Of a stretch of DNA of 64,000 nucleotides, positions 25,981 to 38,344 are shown in pieces. The first letter of the stretch is position 1, and each line of letters begins with the position of its first letter. A model generated the notes under the pieces. The model did no database searches. It was not told the DNA's origin and worked only from the letters and a program-made list of their open reading frames with translations. The stretch comes from Isurus oxyrinchus (lineage: Eukaryota). Location: the NCBI GenBank assembly GCA_026770705.1, contig JANJGN010000071.1, positions 930,001 to 994,000 of the forward strand, in the 5' to 3' direction. The translations under genes and the position numbers were made by a program.

Positions 25981-26842
25981 GTAATATCATTGTCAGCTCG
26001 GACAGATTTATGGTGAATAGTCTTTGTAAAAGAACATTCTTATGGAGCTGTGATTGGGAACCGATTCAGCAGTGAGCCAGTGTACAAACTCACACCAAGT
26101 CCCATTCACCCATCATCCCTAAACTATCTGACTCCTGGTCCTACAACATCTCAAACTTGAAATACACATCTCTTTGTTCAAATGCATCCATTGCCTCACA
26201 CTGCGTCCTTATCTCTGTAACCTCCTGCAACTCTCCCAACCAACGTCCCAGATCTCTGTGTTACTCCAATTCCGGCCTCTTGACCATCCCTCGATTCCCA
26301 TCACTCCAATACTGGCGGCCGGGCCTTCAGCTGCCTGGGGCCTGAGCTCTGGAATTCACTCCCTAAACCTCGGGGATGGAGGAGCTCAGAGGGTTTCATT
26401 TTACTGAGAATCACCACGGCCACATCACAGCTGCAGTGAGAATAGACAGAGAGTCCAGCCCTCGCACTTCCTGCACAGTTTCACCATAGCAACCACAATA
26501 AGGAAGTAAAATAACTGAAAGTTAAACCGAAGCCAAACCAGTCAGTTTAGAGAGATGAGATATTTACACAGTTTCCCTGTGTATCTTGTAGACACTGTGT
26601 TGGGTGGAAGACTGGCTTCACTAAACAGGGTCCTGAGGACCATGAGCCAATGTAGAATGAAGTTGTCCACTCCTGTGTCCAGGATTCTCTTCCCTCCATT
26701 GTGAAACCTTGGGGAGTTCCTTGTGTGTCCTGTAGATGGTCCACACTGCAGCCACTGTGCTCCAGAGATGGAGGGGGTGGATATCGAGTCTAGTGGATCT
26801 ACAAACCATCCAGAATTAAATATTTGATATTTCTCTCCTCAG

Positions 26843-27211
26843 TTGGACTGTCACAAGAGTGGAAAGGTGACACTCCACGAGAGGTGACAGCGCAGGAAGG
26901 TTCGTGTGTACAGATTCCATGTCATTACAGTTATCCAGCACATTTGGAAAACCAACCGCGAGGTGGAGTCTGGTTTAATAATGAGAAACAGATTCCCTGG
27001 GCTCCCATTGCCTTTCACTCCAAAGATCACAGTCACGAGTTACCACGGTTCCACAATCGGACCCGGCTGTCTGGAGACCTGAAAGATGGCGACTGTTCCC
27101 TGATTATAAACAACATCAGACGGGAAGATGCAGGACCTTATTTTTTCAGAATAGAATTTGACAATGGTCCGCGCTATAACTATTACCCTGTAACCCAGCT
27201 TCATGTTTCTG
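26843..27211 (+). CDS. Gene C: V-set sialic-acid-binding exon
   Basis: Acceptor ctcctcag|; SCVQIPC, DCSL, YFFRIE; donor TCTG|gtaagt. Confidence 0.92.
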
Positions 27212-28059
27212 GTAAGTGCTGTGTTATAATTACTCAACAATTCACATTCAACACTCAATGGGAAATAACACAAACTGTGACGTTTACATATTAACACAAA
27301 ACACAGCTTATTATAACACACTGTCTGATTCTCAATAGCTTCCAGTTCAGTCCTAAAGCAACGTCTAATACTCACTTTAATATCAATGATGAAAAGCATT
27401 AACTGTATTATCAGGTTATCCACTCCCATCAATCTCTCCTGTCCTGTTTAAAAGTCTGACGTATCGATAAAAGAAAGATGTACATTTCTGCAGCGCAATT
27501 TACCACCTCAGGAGGATCCAAATCCCTTCACAGCCAATGAAATTATTCCTGAATTGTAGTCACAGATGTTAAACACAGCAGGCAGTTTGTGCACAGCAAG
27601 ATCCAACAAACCACAATGTAATAAATCACCCAGATCACTGAGGAAATGAGAAGCCAGTGAACTCAAACCTCTGGTCTGATGAAGAGTCATACGGACTCGA
27701 AACGTTAACCCTGTCTTCCTCTCCACTGATACTGTCAGACCTGCTGAGTCTTTCCAGCAATTTTTGTTTTTGTTTCAGATTTCCAGCATCCGCAGTATTC
27801 TGCTTTTAACTCCAATCTCTGGTCTGAGCCTCTTCTCTCATCCAGTGTTCTCAATTCACATGTCTCGGAGTGAACATGTATTAAGCTGAGAGACAGAAAC
27901 ACTACTGCCAAAGAGCAAGAAAATCTTTCCTGATCATTGTAACCTCTCAGTTCTGATATCATCCTTGTAAAAGTGCTTTCTCTTGTTGGACTGTGATTTC
28001 TATTTGAACTGATGCTTCACATTATATTTCTCTAAAAGGATCCATTCTCTGTCTGTTAG

Positions 28060-28356
28060 ATTTCACAGATAAACCCATGATATTCCCTGCTGAAATTATT
28101 GCAGGAAAGCGTGTGGATGTAAGCTGCACCTTCAACACAACGTGCAATGGAACAGCAGCACCTGTCTTAACCTGGGACACTCCCACTGACGTACGTGGAT
28201 CAGTCTCAAACACTGTAACTCAGCATGGTGTCACTCTGACCTATACTTCTGTTCTGACCCTGATCCCATCACTCAAACACCACGGACACACACTCTGCTG
28301 CAGAGTGAGATATCCATCTGTTTCATCGGAGCGGACCCTTGTACTAACTGTACAAG
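28060..28356 (+). CDS. Gene C: C2-set Ig domain 2 exon
   Basis: DFTDKPMIFP...VSCTFNTTCNGTAAPVLTW...TLCCRV...LTVQ; donor CAAG|gtaagt. Confidence 0.9.
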
Positions 28357-28719
28357 GTAAGTACTGACACCCTTGATTCTATATTAGCTGTAATAGGATA
28401 CAATGTGCAGAGCAAGATCCCACAAACATCACTGGGTTGAAGACAAAACAGGTCCTTTTTTATTAGTGATATTGACCAGGGAGAGCTCTTCCTGTATTGA
28501 GCCTTGGGATTGTTTATGCCTACCTGATAAGGCAGAGGGGGCCAAGGTTGAACTTAAAAGACAATATAGGATAATATAAATATTGTCTTCATTGATGTCA
28601 AAGATTTTGGGGGAGATGTAGTATAAAAGTTTAATATTAACAATGTAAATAGATAGTATTTATCATCAGTTACTCAAGGTCACATGAGAATAGAACACGG
28701 AGAGAGATAGTTCTATAGA

Positions 28720-30780
28720 TACCTAGGTACATAGAAACTAGGAGCAGGATTAGGACATTCAGCCCTTCAAGCCTTCTCCGCCATTCAATATGATCAAGGC
28801 TGACCCTCTATCTCAAAGCCTTATTCCCGCTTTCTCTCCGTACCCTTTGATGCCCCTAATATCAAAATATTTATCAGTTTCTTTCTTGAATACACTCAGT
28901 GACCCGGCCTCCACAGCCTCTGTGATGGAGAATTCCACAGATTGACCACCCTCTCAGTGAAGAAATGTTTCCCTATCTCAGTCCAAAATGGCCTGCCCTG
29001 TATCCTGAGATTGTCGCCCTTGGTTTTAGACTCCCCAACCAAGGGATGCATCCTCCCTCCATCCAGTCTGTCTATCTCTGTTAGAATTTCTTACGTTTAT
29101 TCAGGTCTCCTCTCATTCTTCTAAACTCTAGTGAATACAGACCCAGTCGTACCAATTCTCCTCATACGACAGTCCTGCCGCCCCTGGTATCAGCCTAGAG
29201 AACCTTCTCTGCACTCTCTCGACGGCAAGTCTATCCTTTTTTAGGGAGGGAGACCAAAACGGCACGTAGTACCCCATGTGCAGTCTCACCAAGACCTTGT
29301 ATAACTGCAGTGAGACATCCCTACTCCTGAACACAAATCCTCTTGCAATGAAGGCCAACATACCATTTGCCTTCCGAATTACTTGCTGCACCTGCCTGTT
29401 TACTTTCATTGGCTAGTGCACAAGGACACCCAGATCCCTTTGTACATCCACATTTCCCATTATATCACCATTTAAATAATACTCTGCCTTTCTGTTTTTC
29501 ACACCAAAGCCTACAATGTCACATTCATCCACATCATCTGCCATGTGTTTGCCCACACACACAACTTGTCTAAATCGCCTTGAAGCCTCTTTGCATCCTC
29601 CTCACAGCTCACACCCTTACCCAGCGTTGTGTCATCAGAAAACCTGGAAATATTGCACTTGGCTCCCTCACCCAAGTCATTTAAATATATCGTGAATAGT
29701 TAGGTCCCAAGCACGGATCGCTGTGGTACACCACTAGTCACCGCCTGCCACTCAGATAAAGACTAATTTATTCTGACCCTCTGTTTCCTGTCTGTCGACC
29801 AATTCTCAATCCATGCCAGTAAATTACCCCCAATCCCATGGGCTTTAATGTTGCCCACTAGCCTCTTATGTGGGACCTTATCAAAAGCCTTCCTGAAATC
29901 TAAAAACACCACATCCACTGGTTATCCCTTATCTATTCCACAAGTTACATCCTCAAAATCTCCAGTAGATTAGTTAAGCATGATTTTCCTTTCATTAACC
30001 CATGCTGACTTTGTCTAATCCCATTAATGCTTTCCAAGCGTTCCGTTAGCACACCTTATATAATAGGCTCTAGCGTTTTCCCCATGTTAGACTAACTGGT
30101 CTGTAATTCTCTGATTTTTCTCTCCCTTCTATTTTAAATAGTGGAGTTACAATTGCCACCCTCCAATCTATAGGAACTGCTCCAGAGCCTATAGAATTTT
30201 GGAGAATGACCACCAGTGCTTCCAATATTTCCAGGGTCACTTCCGTTAGTCTCTGGGATGTAGATTTTCAGGCCCTGGGGACTGTTCAACCTTTAACCCA
30301 TTAATCTCTCCAGATTCATTTTTTAAAACTAATCCTGATTATCTTCAATTCCTCCCTCTCACTAGACACTTGGTTCCCTAACATTCCTGGGAAATTATTT
30401 GTGTCCTCTTTTGTGAAGACAGAACCAAAATATATGTTCAGTTCTTCTGCCATTTCTTTGTTTCTCATTAGAATTTCCCCCATTTCTGACTGCAAGGAAC
30501 CTACATCGGTCACTGCTAATCTTTCTCTCTTCACATATTTATAGAAGCTTTTACAGTCGGTTTTTACGTTCCCTGCAAGTTTACTCCCATGTTCCATTTT
30601 CCCCTTCTTGATCAATCTTTTTGTCCACTTTTGCTGAATTCTAAACTGCTCCCAATCCTCAGCATTGCCGCTTCCCCTGGCAATTTTATGTCTCCTCTCT
30701 GGATCTAATACTATCCCTAATTTCTTTTGTAATCCCTGGTTGAGCACCATTTCCTGACTTATTTTTACGCCAGACAGAAA
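28720..30780 (-). mobile_element. CR1 LINE ORF2 fragment
   Basis: KANGMLAFIARG...LYKVLVRLH...VERVQRRFSRLIPG and KSFYKYVKRER motifs. Confidence 0.85.
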
Positions 30781-30899
30781 TGGATAATTGTTGTAGCAAA
30801 TGCTTCAGCCTTATCTTTTGCCCTGATGTGCTGGGCTCCCCCTTCATTGAGGATGGGGATATTTGTGGATTCCCCTCCTCCAGTGAGCTAATTGTCCGT

Positions 30900-31880
30900 T
30901 ACCATTGGATACGAGCATTAGTGAACTGTGTTAGACCATTATCGAAAATGAAAGCCGGACTCCAGTATAGCCTCACTATGATGGATATGACAAATCGATT
31001 TCCAGAGACCATCCCTTTAGGAACAATTACAGCTAAAGTAGTAATAGGGAAGTTAACCCAATTTTTTACCCATTATGGATTACTGCTGGAGATCCAGTCA
31101 GATCAAGGTTCCATCTCTATGTCTTAAAATTTTCCGAACATAATGAGTAATTTGGGTATAAAACAGTTAAAGTCCACAGCATATCATCCATAGACACGGG
31201 GATCTTTAGAGAGGGACCAACAAACCCTCAAAACAATGATTGAAGCTATTGTCATGAACTCCCCATGACTGGGACAAAGGACTGGATTTTCTTGTATTTC
31301 CCACACGAGATTCACCAACTGAATCGGCAGGTTTTAGTCTTTTTGGAATAACTTATGGACACGAGATAAGAGGCTGTCTGAAATACATCAAAGAAAGATA
31401 TTCTGGACAGAGGGATGAATCCTCTATTTCAGATGATGTGTCCATGTTTCAGGAACGGCTCATAGGAGCCTCCAAAGTGGCACAAGAACATCTTATAGTT
31501 TCTCAAACAGAAATGAAGGAATGGGGCAGACAGGCAAGCTGTGACCCGAACATCACAACCAGGGGGATGACGTGTTAGTATCATTGCCTTGGCAGGGGGA
31601 GCCTCTGAAAGCGCGGTTCAGTGGTCCCCACAAGGTAATTAGGAGGGTTGGTCAAGTAAATTATTTGATAGACACCCCAGATTGTAGAATAAAGAATCAG
31701 CTGTGACACATCAATATGTTAAAACGATACCATCGTAGGGAGGGAGGTAAAAAGGAGCAGGTATTTCATTTCCAACCAGATTCTGCATACATTACAGAAA
31801 GGTTAATGCAGCAATAAAACCAGATTCCTACCCAATCCCCCGTTTAGAAGATGGTATTGACGGGGTTGGCAGTGCCATGT
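30900..31880 (+). mobile_element. Gypsy-type integrase fragment
   Basis: LTMMDMTNRFPETIPL...YGLLLEIQSDQGS, STAYHP and a GPY/F-like PLKARFSGPHKV; contains stops and frameshifts. Confidence 0.8.
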
Positions 31881-31902
31881 TCCTTACTGAGATAAATTTG
31901 TT

Positions 31903-31938
31903 GGCAGTGGGGGGTGTTCGTGACCATCAGTGTGGAAG
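31903..31938 (+). pseudogene. Remnant 3' end of an additional Ig3 exon copy
   Basis: gcagtggggggtgttcgtgaccatcagtgtggaa resembles gcagtggaggggttcataaccatcactgtggaa. It is followed by the same CA-repeat and intron block (32481-32600 ~ 33300-33420) that follows Ig3a. Confidence 0.6.
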
Positions 31939-32890
31939 GGTTAGGTTTACAGGTTACACAGACCACACACGCACCAACAGACACACACACACATGNNNNN
32001 NNNNNNNNNNNNNNNNNNNNNNNNNNNNNNNNNNNNNNNNNNNNNNNNNNNNNNNNNNNNNNNNNNNNNNNNNNNNNNNNNNNNNNNNNNNNNNNNNNNN
32101 NNNNNNNNNNNNNNNNNNNNNNNNNNNNNNNNNNNNNNNNNNNNNNNNNNNNNNNNNNNCACACGCANNNNNNNNNNNNNNNNNNNNNNNNNNNNNNNNN
32201 NNNNNNNNNNNNNNNNNNNNNNNNNNNNNNNNNNNNNNNNNNNNNNNNNNNNNNNNNNNNNNNNNNNNNNNNNNNNNNNNNNNNNNNNNNNNNNNNNNNN
32301 NNNNNNNNNNNNNNNNNNNNNNNNNNNNNNNNNNNNNNNNNNNNNNNNNNNNNNNNNNNNNNNNNNNNNNNNNNNNNNNNNNNNNNNNNNNNNNNNNNNN
32401 NNNNNNNNNNNNNNNNNNNNNNNNNNNNNNNNNNNNNNNNNNNNNNNNNNNNNNNNNNNNNNNNNNNNNNNNNNNNNNNTCAGTGCTGCACTGGAGTCTC
32501 GGTGTCAGCTCCGATTCTGTGCTGAAGGAAGGTAAACTCCAGATCAACAAGACCCTGAATTGGATGAGCAACCTCCTTAACAGAGAATTGTAGATTTACC
32601 CCTCAGTGCTCCATCGATCAAATACAATTCATTGCCTGTCCAGCCCTTGGGGACATTCTGAGGATGTGAAAGGGAGTTTCTTTAAATCTGGATGGGCAGG
32701 GTCTCTGGTGGGAGAATGCTCCTGCAGTGTGACAGTTTACATAGGCAGTGCCCATTGTAAATGTGACATAGGAACTTATCTTGAGGGAAGGTGCCTAGAA
32801 ATGCATACAGACATCAGATACAGAGACATGATGCATGGAGTCTTCCTGTGCACTATGTTTGCTCACGTTAAAATCTTTATATGTTTTTAG

Positions 32891-33172
32891 ATGCACCACG
32901 GAATCTCTCAATCAATTCTCTTGATATGATTAACGCTTCATGGATCAATATAATTGAGGGGAATTCTGCAGTGATAATCTGCTCTGTCGAGAGCTTCCCA
33001 GCTTCTAACCTGACGTGGCGACATCTTAATGTCCCAATGAACAGAACAAGTTCCAACAATGAGCTGTGGTTGGTGATTCCTCACGTTACATCCAAGGACA
33101 CTGGAGACTATCAGTGTGTGGCAGAGAATGAACATGGAGCAGTGGAGGGATTCATAACCATCACTGTGGAAT
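32891..33172 (+). CDS. Gene C: Ig3a exon
   Basis: APRNLSINSLDMINASW...DTGDYQCVAENEHG...ITVE; canonical phase-1 splice sites. Confidence 0.9.
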
Positions 33173-33194
33173 GTGAGTTAATGCAAACTTCAAC

Positions 33195-33250
<56 letters not shown>

Positions 33251-34076
33251 CACACACAAACACACATGCACACACACGTGTCAGCTCCCTCTCCTCTCTC
33301 AGTGCTGCACTCGAGTCTCGGTAGCAGCTCTGATTCTGTGTTGAAGGAAGGTAAACTCCAGATCATCAAGACACTGAATTGGATGGAGCAACCTCCTGAA
33401 CAGTGAATTGTAGGTTTATCACCCAATACCCCATTATTCCAAAGCAATTCCTCCATGGTGAAATCTCCGTGAACATCCTGATCATGTGAAAGACACTTTC
33501 TTTTCTTCTAGCCCGACAGTGTCTCCTCTGGTGGAAGGCTGTAATTACAGCGTGACAGTTTACATATCCACACGCAGCAAGAGCTGAGCAACACTCAGCT
33601 TGGGCTGAGAAATGACAAGTAATGTTCACACCACACAAGCACCAGGCAGTGATCATCTCCAACAAGAGAGAATCTAACCATCTCCCCTTGATATTCAATC
33701 ACTTCACCATCGCTGAATCCCCCACGATCAACATCCTGGGGGATGTTAACCAAACACCGAACTGGACCGGCCATAAATACTGTGGCTACAGGAGCCGGTC
33801 AGAGGCTGGGAATTCTGTGGGGGTGCAAAACTCACCACCACCTCCTCAAGGGCAATTAGGGATGGGTAATAAATGCTGGTCTAGATAGATACATCCACTT
33901 CCCATGAATATGCAAAAAGGAACACACTGGCAGTGTCTGTTACAAATGGTGACATAGAAAATCATAATGGGGAAAGAAGCCTTGACATGCACATAGACAC
34001 CAGATGGAGAGAGATGATACCTGGAGTCTTGCTGTGCACTGTGTTTGCTCACAATGAAACTTTTATTTGTATTTAG

Positions 34077-34358
34077 ATGCACCACGGAACCCATCAATTA
34101 CTTCTCTTGATATGATTAACGCTTCATCGATCAATATAATTGAGGGGAATTCTGCAGTGATAATCTGCTCTGTCGAGAGTTTCCCAGCTTCTAACCTGAC
34201 GTGGCGACATCTTAATGTCCCAATGAACAGAACAAGTTCCAACAATGAGCTGTGGTTGGTGATTCCTCACGTTACATCCAGGGACACTGGAGACTATCAG
34301 TGTGTGGCAGAGAATGAACATGGAGCAGTGGAGGGGTTCATAACCATCACTGTGGAAT
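34077..34358 (+). CDS. Gene C: Ig3b exon (tandem duplicate of Ig3a)
   Basis: APRNPSITSLDMINASS...ITVE; canonical splice sites. Confidence 0.9.
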
Positions 34359-34369
34359 GTGAGTGTGGA

Positions 34370-34685
34370 GATACATTTGTTTGTTTGTTGTCTCCGTGGT
34401 CTCCATGGAGCCATTGGGATCGTGTTGTTTTTAATCCAGTTTTCTTCAATCCTCGCTCAGTCCACGTTATCCACACACCCAATTTTTCCTCTCCCTTTCT
34501 GTTTTTGCTCTCAGTTTCTCCTTCAATGGTTGTCAGGACAAGGCTGTCAGGTCTTCGTTTCCAATCTCCGTACTTGACGACCTTTCTCTCTCTAACTGTC
34601 CTGAACAACCCTTTTAATTGCTGAACGTCTCCTCTTGATCTAAGCCACTCATTGGTCTTTCTGTCCATCCAGCTGATTCTGAGCA
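34370..34685 (-). mobile_element. RTE-like LINE 3' fragment
   Basis: LRISWMDRKTNEW...LVLTTIEG motif. Confidence 0.55.
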
Positions 34686-35900
34686 TCTGGCAGCATCTGT
34701 GGAGAGAAAGACAGGGTTAGCGTTTGGAGTCCGTAAGACTCCTCTTCAGAGCTAAAGGGAAGTAGACATGTGGTGAAATATATCCTGTCTAAGGCGGGGC
34801 GATGGGACAGGTGGAGCTGGATAGAAAACCAGCGATAGGTGGAGGCAATGGAGAGATTGTGGAAGATGTCATAAACAAAAGGTCAATGGGTTGTTAATAG
34901 TGGTGGTATTGGATAAAGGAGGTGCTAATGGTGACATTAAGCAGAGTGTGATAATGGGCGGACCAGGGTAAGCACTCTGGAAAGAGACAGATGGCCCTCG
35001 TGGGGGTGTGGAAGGGGGAGGGGACAGTGGAGGGAATAAAGATCGAAAATAGACTAAAATCTGCGGTTTAACACAATCAATAAAATGGAAATGAATTTCA
35101 AATAATAATAATAAAAATAAGTGGAAAACAGTCAACAAATAAAACAATTAAAATGAATATATAAAAAAGGGTTCAAAAAGCAGTGAAGATCGAGGAGAGA
35201 GTTCATGATCTGAAATTGTTGAACTCAATATTCAGTCGGGAAGGCTGTAAAGTGCCAGGTCGGAAGATGAGGTGCTGTTCCTCCAGTTTGTGTTGGGCTT
35301 CACTGGAACAATGCAGCAGGCCAAGGACGGACATGTGGGCATGAGAGCAGGGTGGGGTGTTAAAATGGCAAGTGACAGGGAGGTCTGGGTCATGCTTGTG
35401 GACAGACCGAAGGTGTTCATCAGAGCGATCACCCAGTCTGTGTTTGGTCTGTCCCATGTAGAGGAGACCACATTGGGAGCAGTGAATGCAGTAGATTAAA
35501 TTGAAGGAAGTCTGCATGAAGCGCTGCTTCACCTGGAAGGAGTGTTTGGGTCATTGGACAGTGAGGGGGGAGGAAGTAAAGGGGCAGGTGTTGCACCTTC
35601 TGTAAATACATGGGAAGATGTCATCGGAGAGGGTTGAGGTGCTAGGGGTGATGGAGGAGTGGACCAGGGTGTCCTCGAGGGAATGATCCCTGTGGAATGC
35701 CAACGGGGTGGGGGTGGGGGGGGGCGGATGTGGTGAAGGGAAGATGTGTTTGGTGGTGGCATCATGCTGGAGTTGGCGGAAATGGCGGAGAATGATCCTT
35801 TGAATGAGGAGGCTGGTGGGGTGAAAAGTGAAGACAGGAGGGACCCTTACATTGCTCTGGGAGGGAGAGGAATTTGCAAGGGGGGATGCGCGGGAGATAC
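34685..35900 (-). mobile_element. Penelope-like element fragment (GIY-YIG endonuclease)
   Basis: NLIYCIHCSQCGLLYMGQTKHRLGDR..EHLRSV...KLEEQHLIF. Confidence 0.85.
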
Positions 35901-36226
35901 ACAATCTCCAACTCTTTCTCAACCATTAAGATGCTCCTTAAAACCATTAAGACACACCGTTAAAACCTCCTGCTTTCAGCGAGCTTTTGCTCACCTTTCC
36001 TAATATCTCCTAATGTGACTCAGGGTCAGATTTTGTCCGAAGGAGGTGAGAAATGATGGAGGGAATTCCAGAGGTTAGGGTCCAGGCAGCTTAAGGCACG
36101 GCCGCCAATGGTGGAGAGATGGGAATGGGAGAATGTCCAAGAGTTCAGAATTGGAGGAGCGCAGAGATTTCGGAGAGCTGTGGGGTGTGGGGATTACCTG
36201 CTGATTGTTCTCTGTCTTTGTTCCAG

Positions 36227-36502
36227 ATCCCCCACAGGAGACGATGGTGTCCATCAGCAGATCCTCAGGTGGGATAAGAGAGGGAAGCAATATCACATTA
36301 ACCTGCTCCAGTGAAAGTGTCCCACCGATATCTCATTACACCTGGTTCAGGATCGAGGGGAATACCAGCACCCAGTTAAACACAAGTAGCCGCACTCTCT
36401 CCTTCACTCCTGTAACACGGGAGAATGATGCAGGTTTCTACTGCACAGCGAGGAACCCAGTGGGTAACAGCACCTCCAACATCACCCACCTGAACGTACA
36501 AT
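36227..36502 (+). CDS. Gene C: Ig4 exon (CD22/sialoadhesin-like C2 repeat)
   Basis: YPPQETMVSIS...IREGSNITLTCSSESVPPISHYTWF...DAGFYCTARNPVG...LNVQ; splice sites ttccag| and CAAT|gtaagc. Confidence 0.9.
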
Positions 36503-36854
36503 GTAAGCATTTTACTCCCCCTGTCTCTGCTTAAAACTCAAACACTTTCTGTCTGAGGGCAGCTTCCTTGCTGTGGTTTAGCATAACTAGCATCACCTCC
36601 CTGCTTTTTTCACCCTGCGCCTCTCCGAGATACATAAGGAGATATTAGAACAGGGACTGAAAGCTCAGAGAAAGAGGCCAGATTTTAAGGAGTGTCTGAA
36701 ACGAGGAGAGAGATAGAAATGGAGAGGTTTACGGAGGGAATTCCAGAGCTCGGGGCCCAGGCAGCTGAAGGCACGGCCGCCAATGGTGGAGCGATAGGAA
36801 TCGGGGGATGGTCAAGAGGCCGGAATTGGAGGAACGCAGAGACCTCGGAGGGAT

Positions 36855-37740
36855 GTAGATGCTGGAGGAGGTTACAGAGATAGGGAGTGTTGTGGGGTCT
36901 GGAGGAGGTTACAGAGATAGGGAGGGTTGTGGGGTCTGGAGGAGGTTACAGAGATAGGGAGGGTTGTGATGGCTGGAGGAGGTAACAGAGATAGGGAGGG
37001 TTATAGGGGCTGGAGGAGGTAACAGAGATAGGGAGGGTTGTAGATGCTGGAGGAGGTAACAGAGATAGGGAGGGTTGTGGGGTCTGGAGGAGGTTACAGA
37101 GATAGGGAGGGTTGTAGGGGCTGGAGGAGGTTACAGAGATAGGGAGGGTTATAGGGGCAGGAGGAGGTAACAGAGATAGGGAGGGTTATAGGGGCTGGAG
37201 GAGGTAACAGAGATAGGGAGGGTTGTGGGGTCTGGAGGAGGTAACAGAGATAGGGAGGGTTGTGGGGTCTGGAGGAGGTTACAGAGATAGGGAGGGTTGT
37301 GATGGCTGGAGGAGGTAACAGAGATAGGGAGGGTTATAGGGGCTGGAGGAGGTAACAGAGATAGGGAGGGTTGTAGATGCTGGAGGAGGTAACAGAGATA
37401 GGGAGGGTTGTGGGGTCTGGAGGAGGTTACAGAGATAGGGAGGGTTGTGATGGCTGGAGGAGGTTACAGAGATAGGGAGGGGTGTAGGGGCTGGAGGAGG
37501 TTACAGAGATAGGGAGGGTTGTAGGGGCTGGAGGAGGTTACAGAGATAGGGAGGGTTGTAGGGGCTGGAGGAGGTTACAGAGATAGGGAGGGTTGTGATG
37601 GCTGGAGGAGGTTACAGAGATAGGGAGGGTTGTGGGGTCTGGAGGAGGTTACAGAGATAGGGAGGGTTGTGATGGCTGGAGGAGGTTACAGAGATAGGGA
37701 GGGTTGTAGGGGCTGGAGGAGGTAACAGAGATAGGGAGGG
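36855..37740. repeat. 37-bp minisatellite (ggaggaggttacagagatagggagggttgtggggtct) within an L2-type 3' end
   Basis: About 24 tandem units; related arrays at ~13330-13630 (reverse) and ~62620-62900. Confidence 0.9.
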
Positions 37741-38050
37741 GGTAAGGAGGGATTTGAAACGATGTTAATTTTAAAATTGTGGCATTGTCGGACCGGGAGC
37801 CAGTGTAGCTCAGTGACCAACAAGGAGTGATGTGTGAACGGGACTCGGTGTGAGTTAGGACATGGGGACAGCAGAGTTTGGGATGAGCTGATGTTTACGG
37901 AGAATGGAAGATGGGAGGTCGGGCAGGAGAGTGTTGGGATAGTCGAGTGCGGAGGTAACAAAGGCAGGAATGAGTGTTTCAGTGTTAAGATTCTATCTTA
38001 CGCTCTAACTTTGCTATGACGTTGTCTCATTGTTGTCCGTCCTTCCTCAG

Positions 38051-38344
38051 ATAAGCCGGAGATTTCCCAGCAGTCGGAGTGCACTCGAAGGTCAGAGGGG
38101 GTCACCTGTGTCTGTGTGGCCACCTCCAACCCACCCGGAGACCTCACCTGGCACCTGCCCAGTGCCAACATCAGTGGTAACCAAACACACGGAGGTTTTG
38201 TGTCGTGGCAGGTCAGAGATGGGCATCTGGTGACTGGTTCCCTCACCCTGATGAGACCCCAGGATGAGGGGGGAGTGATTGCATCCTGCTCGGTTCAAAA
38301 CCCACATGGGGAAGCCATGTTCAAGGTGAATCTGTGGGTCAAAG
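38051..38344 (+). CDS. Gene C: membrane-proximal Ig5 exon (MAG-domain-5/CD33-related type)
   Basis: YKPEISQQSECTRRSEGVTCVCVATSNPPGDLTW...IASCSVQNPHG...LWVK. The C-x8-CxC...SNP pattern is typical of the last Siglec domain. Confidence 0.88.

Noticed and set aside
11713-27211. V exons as rearranging Ig/TCR gene segments
   Set aside because: They lack the F-strand YYC, end in splice donors rather than RSS heptamer/nonamer signals, and show the Siglec cysteine pattern.
36855-37740. Regularly spaced 37-bp repeats resembling a CRISPR array
   Set aside because: The units are head-to-tail with no unique spacers, lie in a eukaryotic intron, and no cas genes are present.
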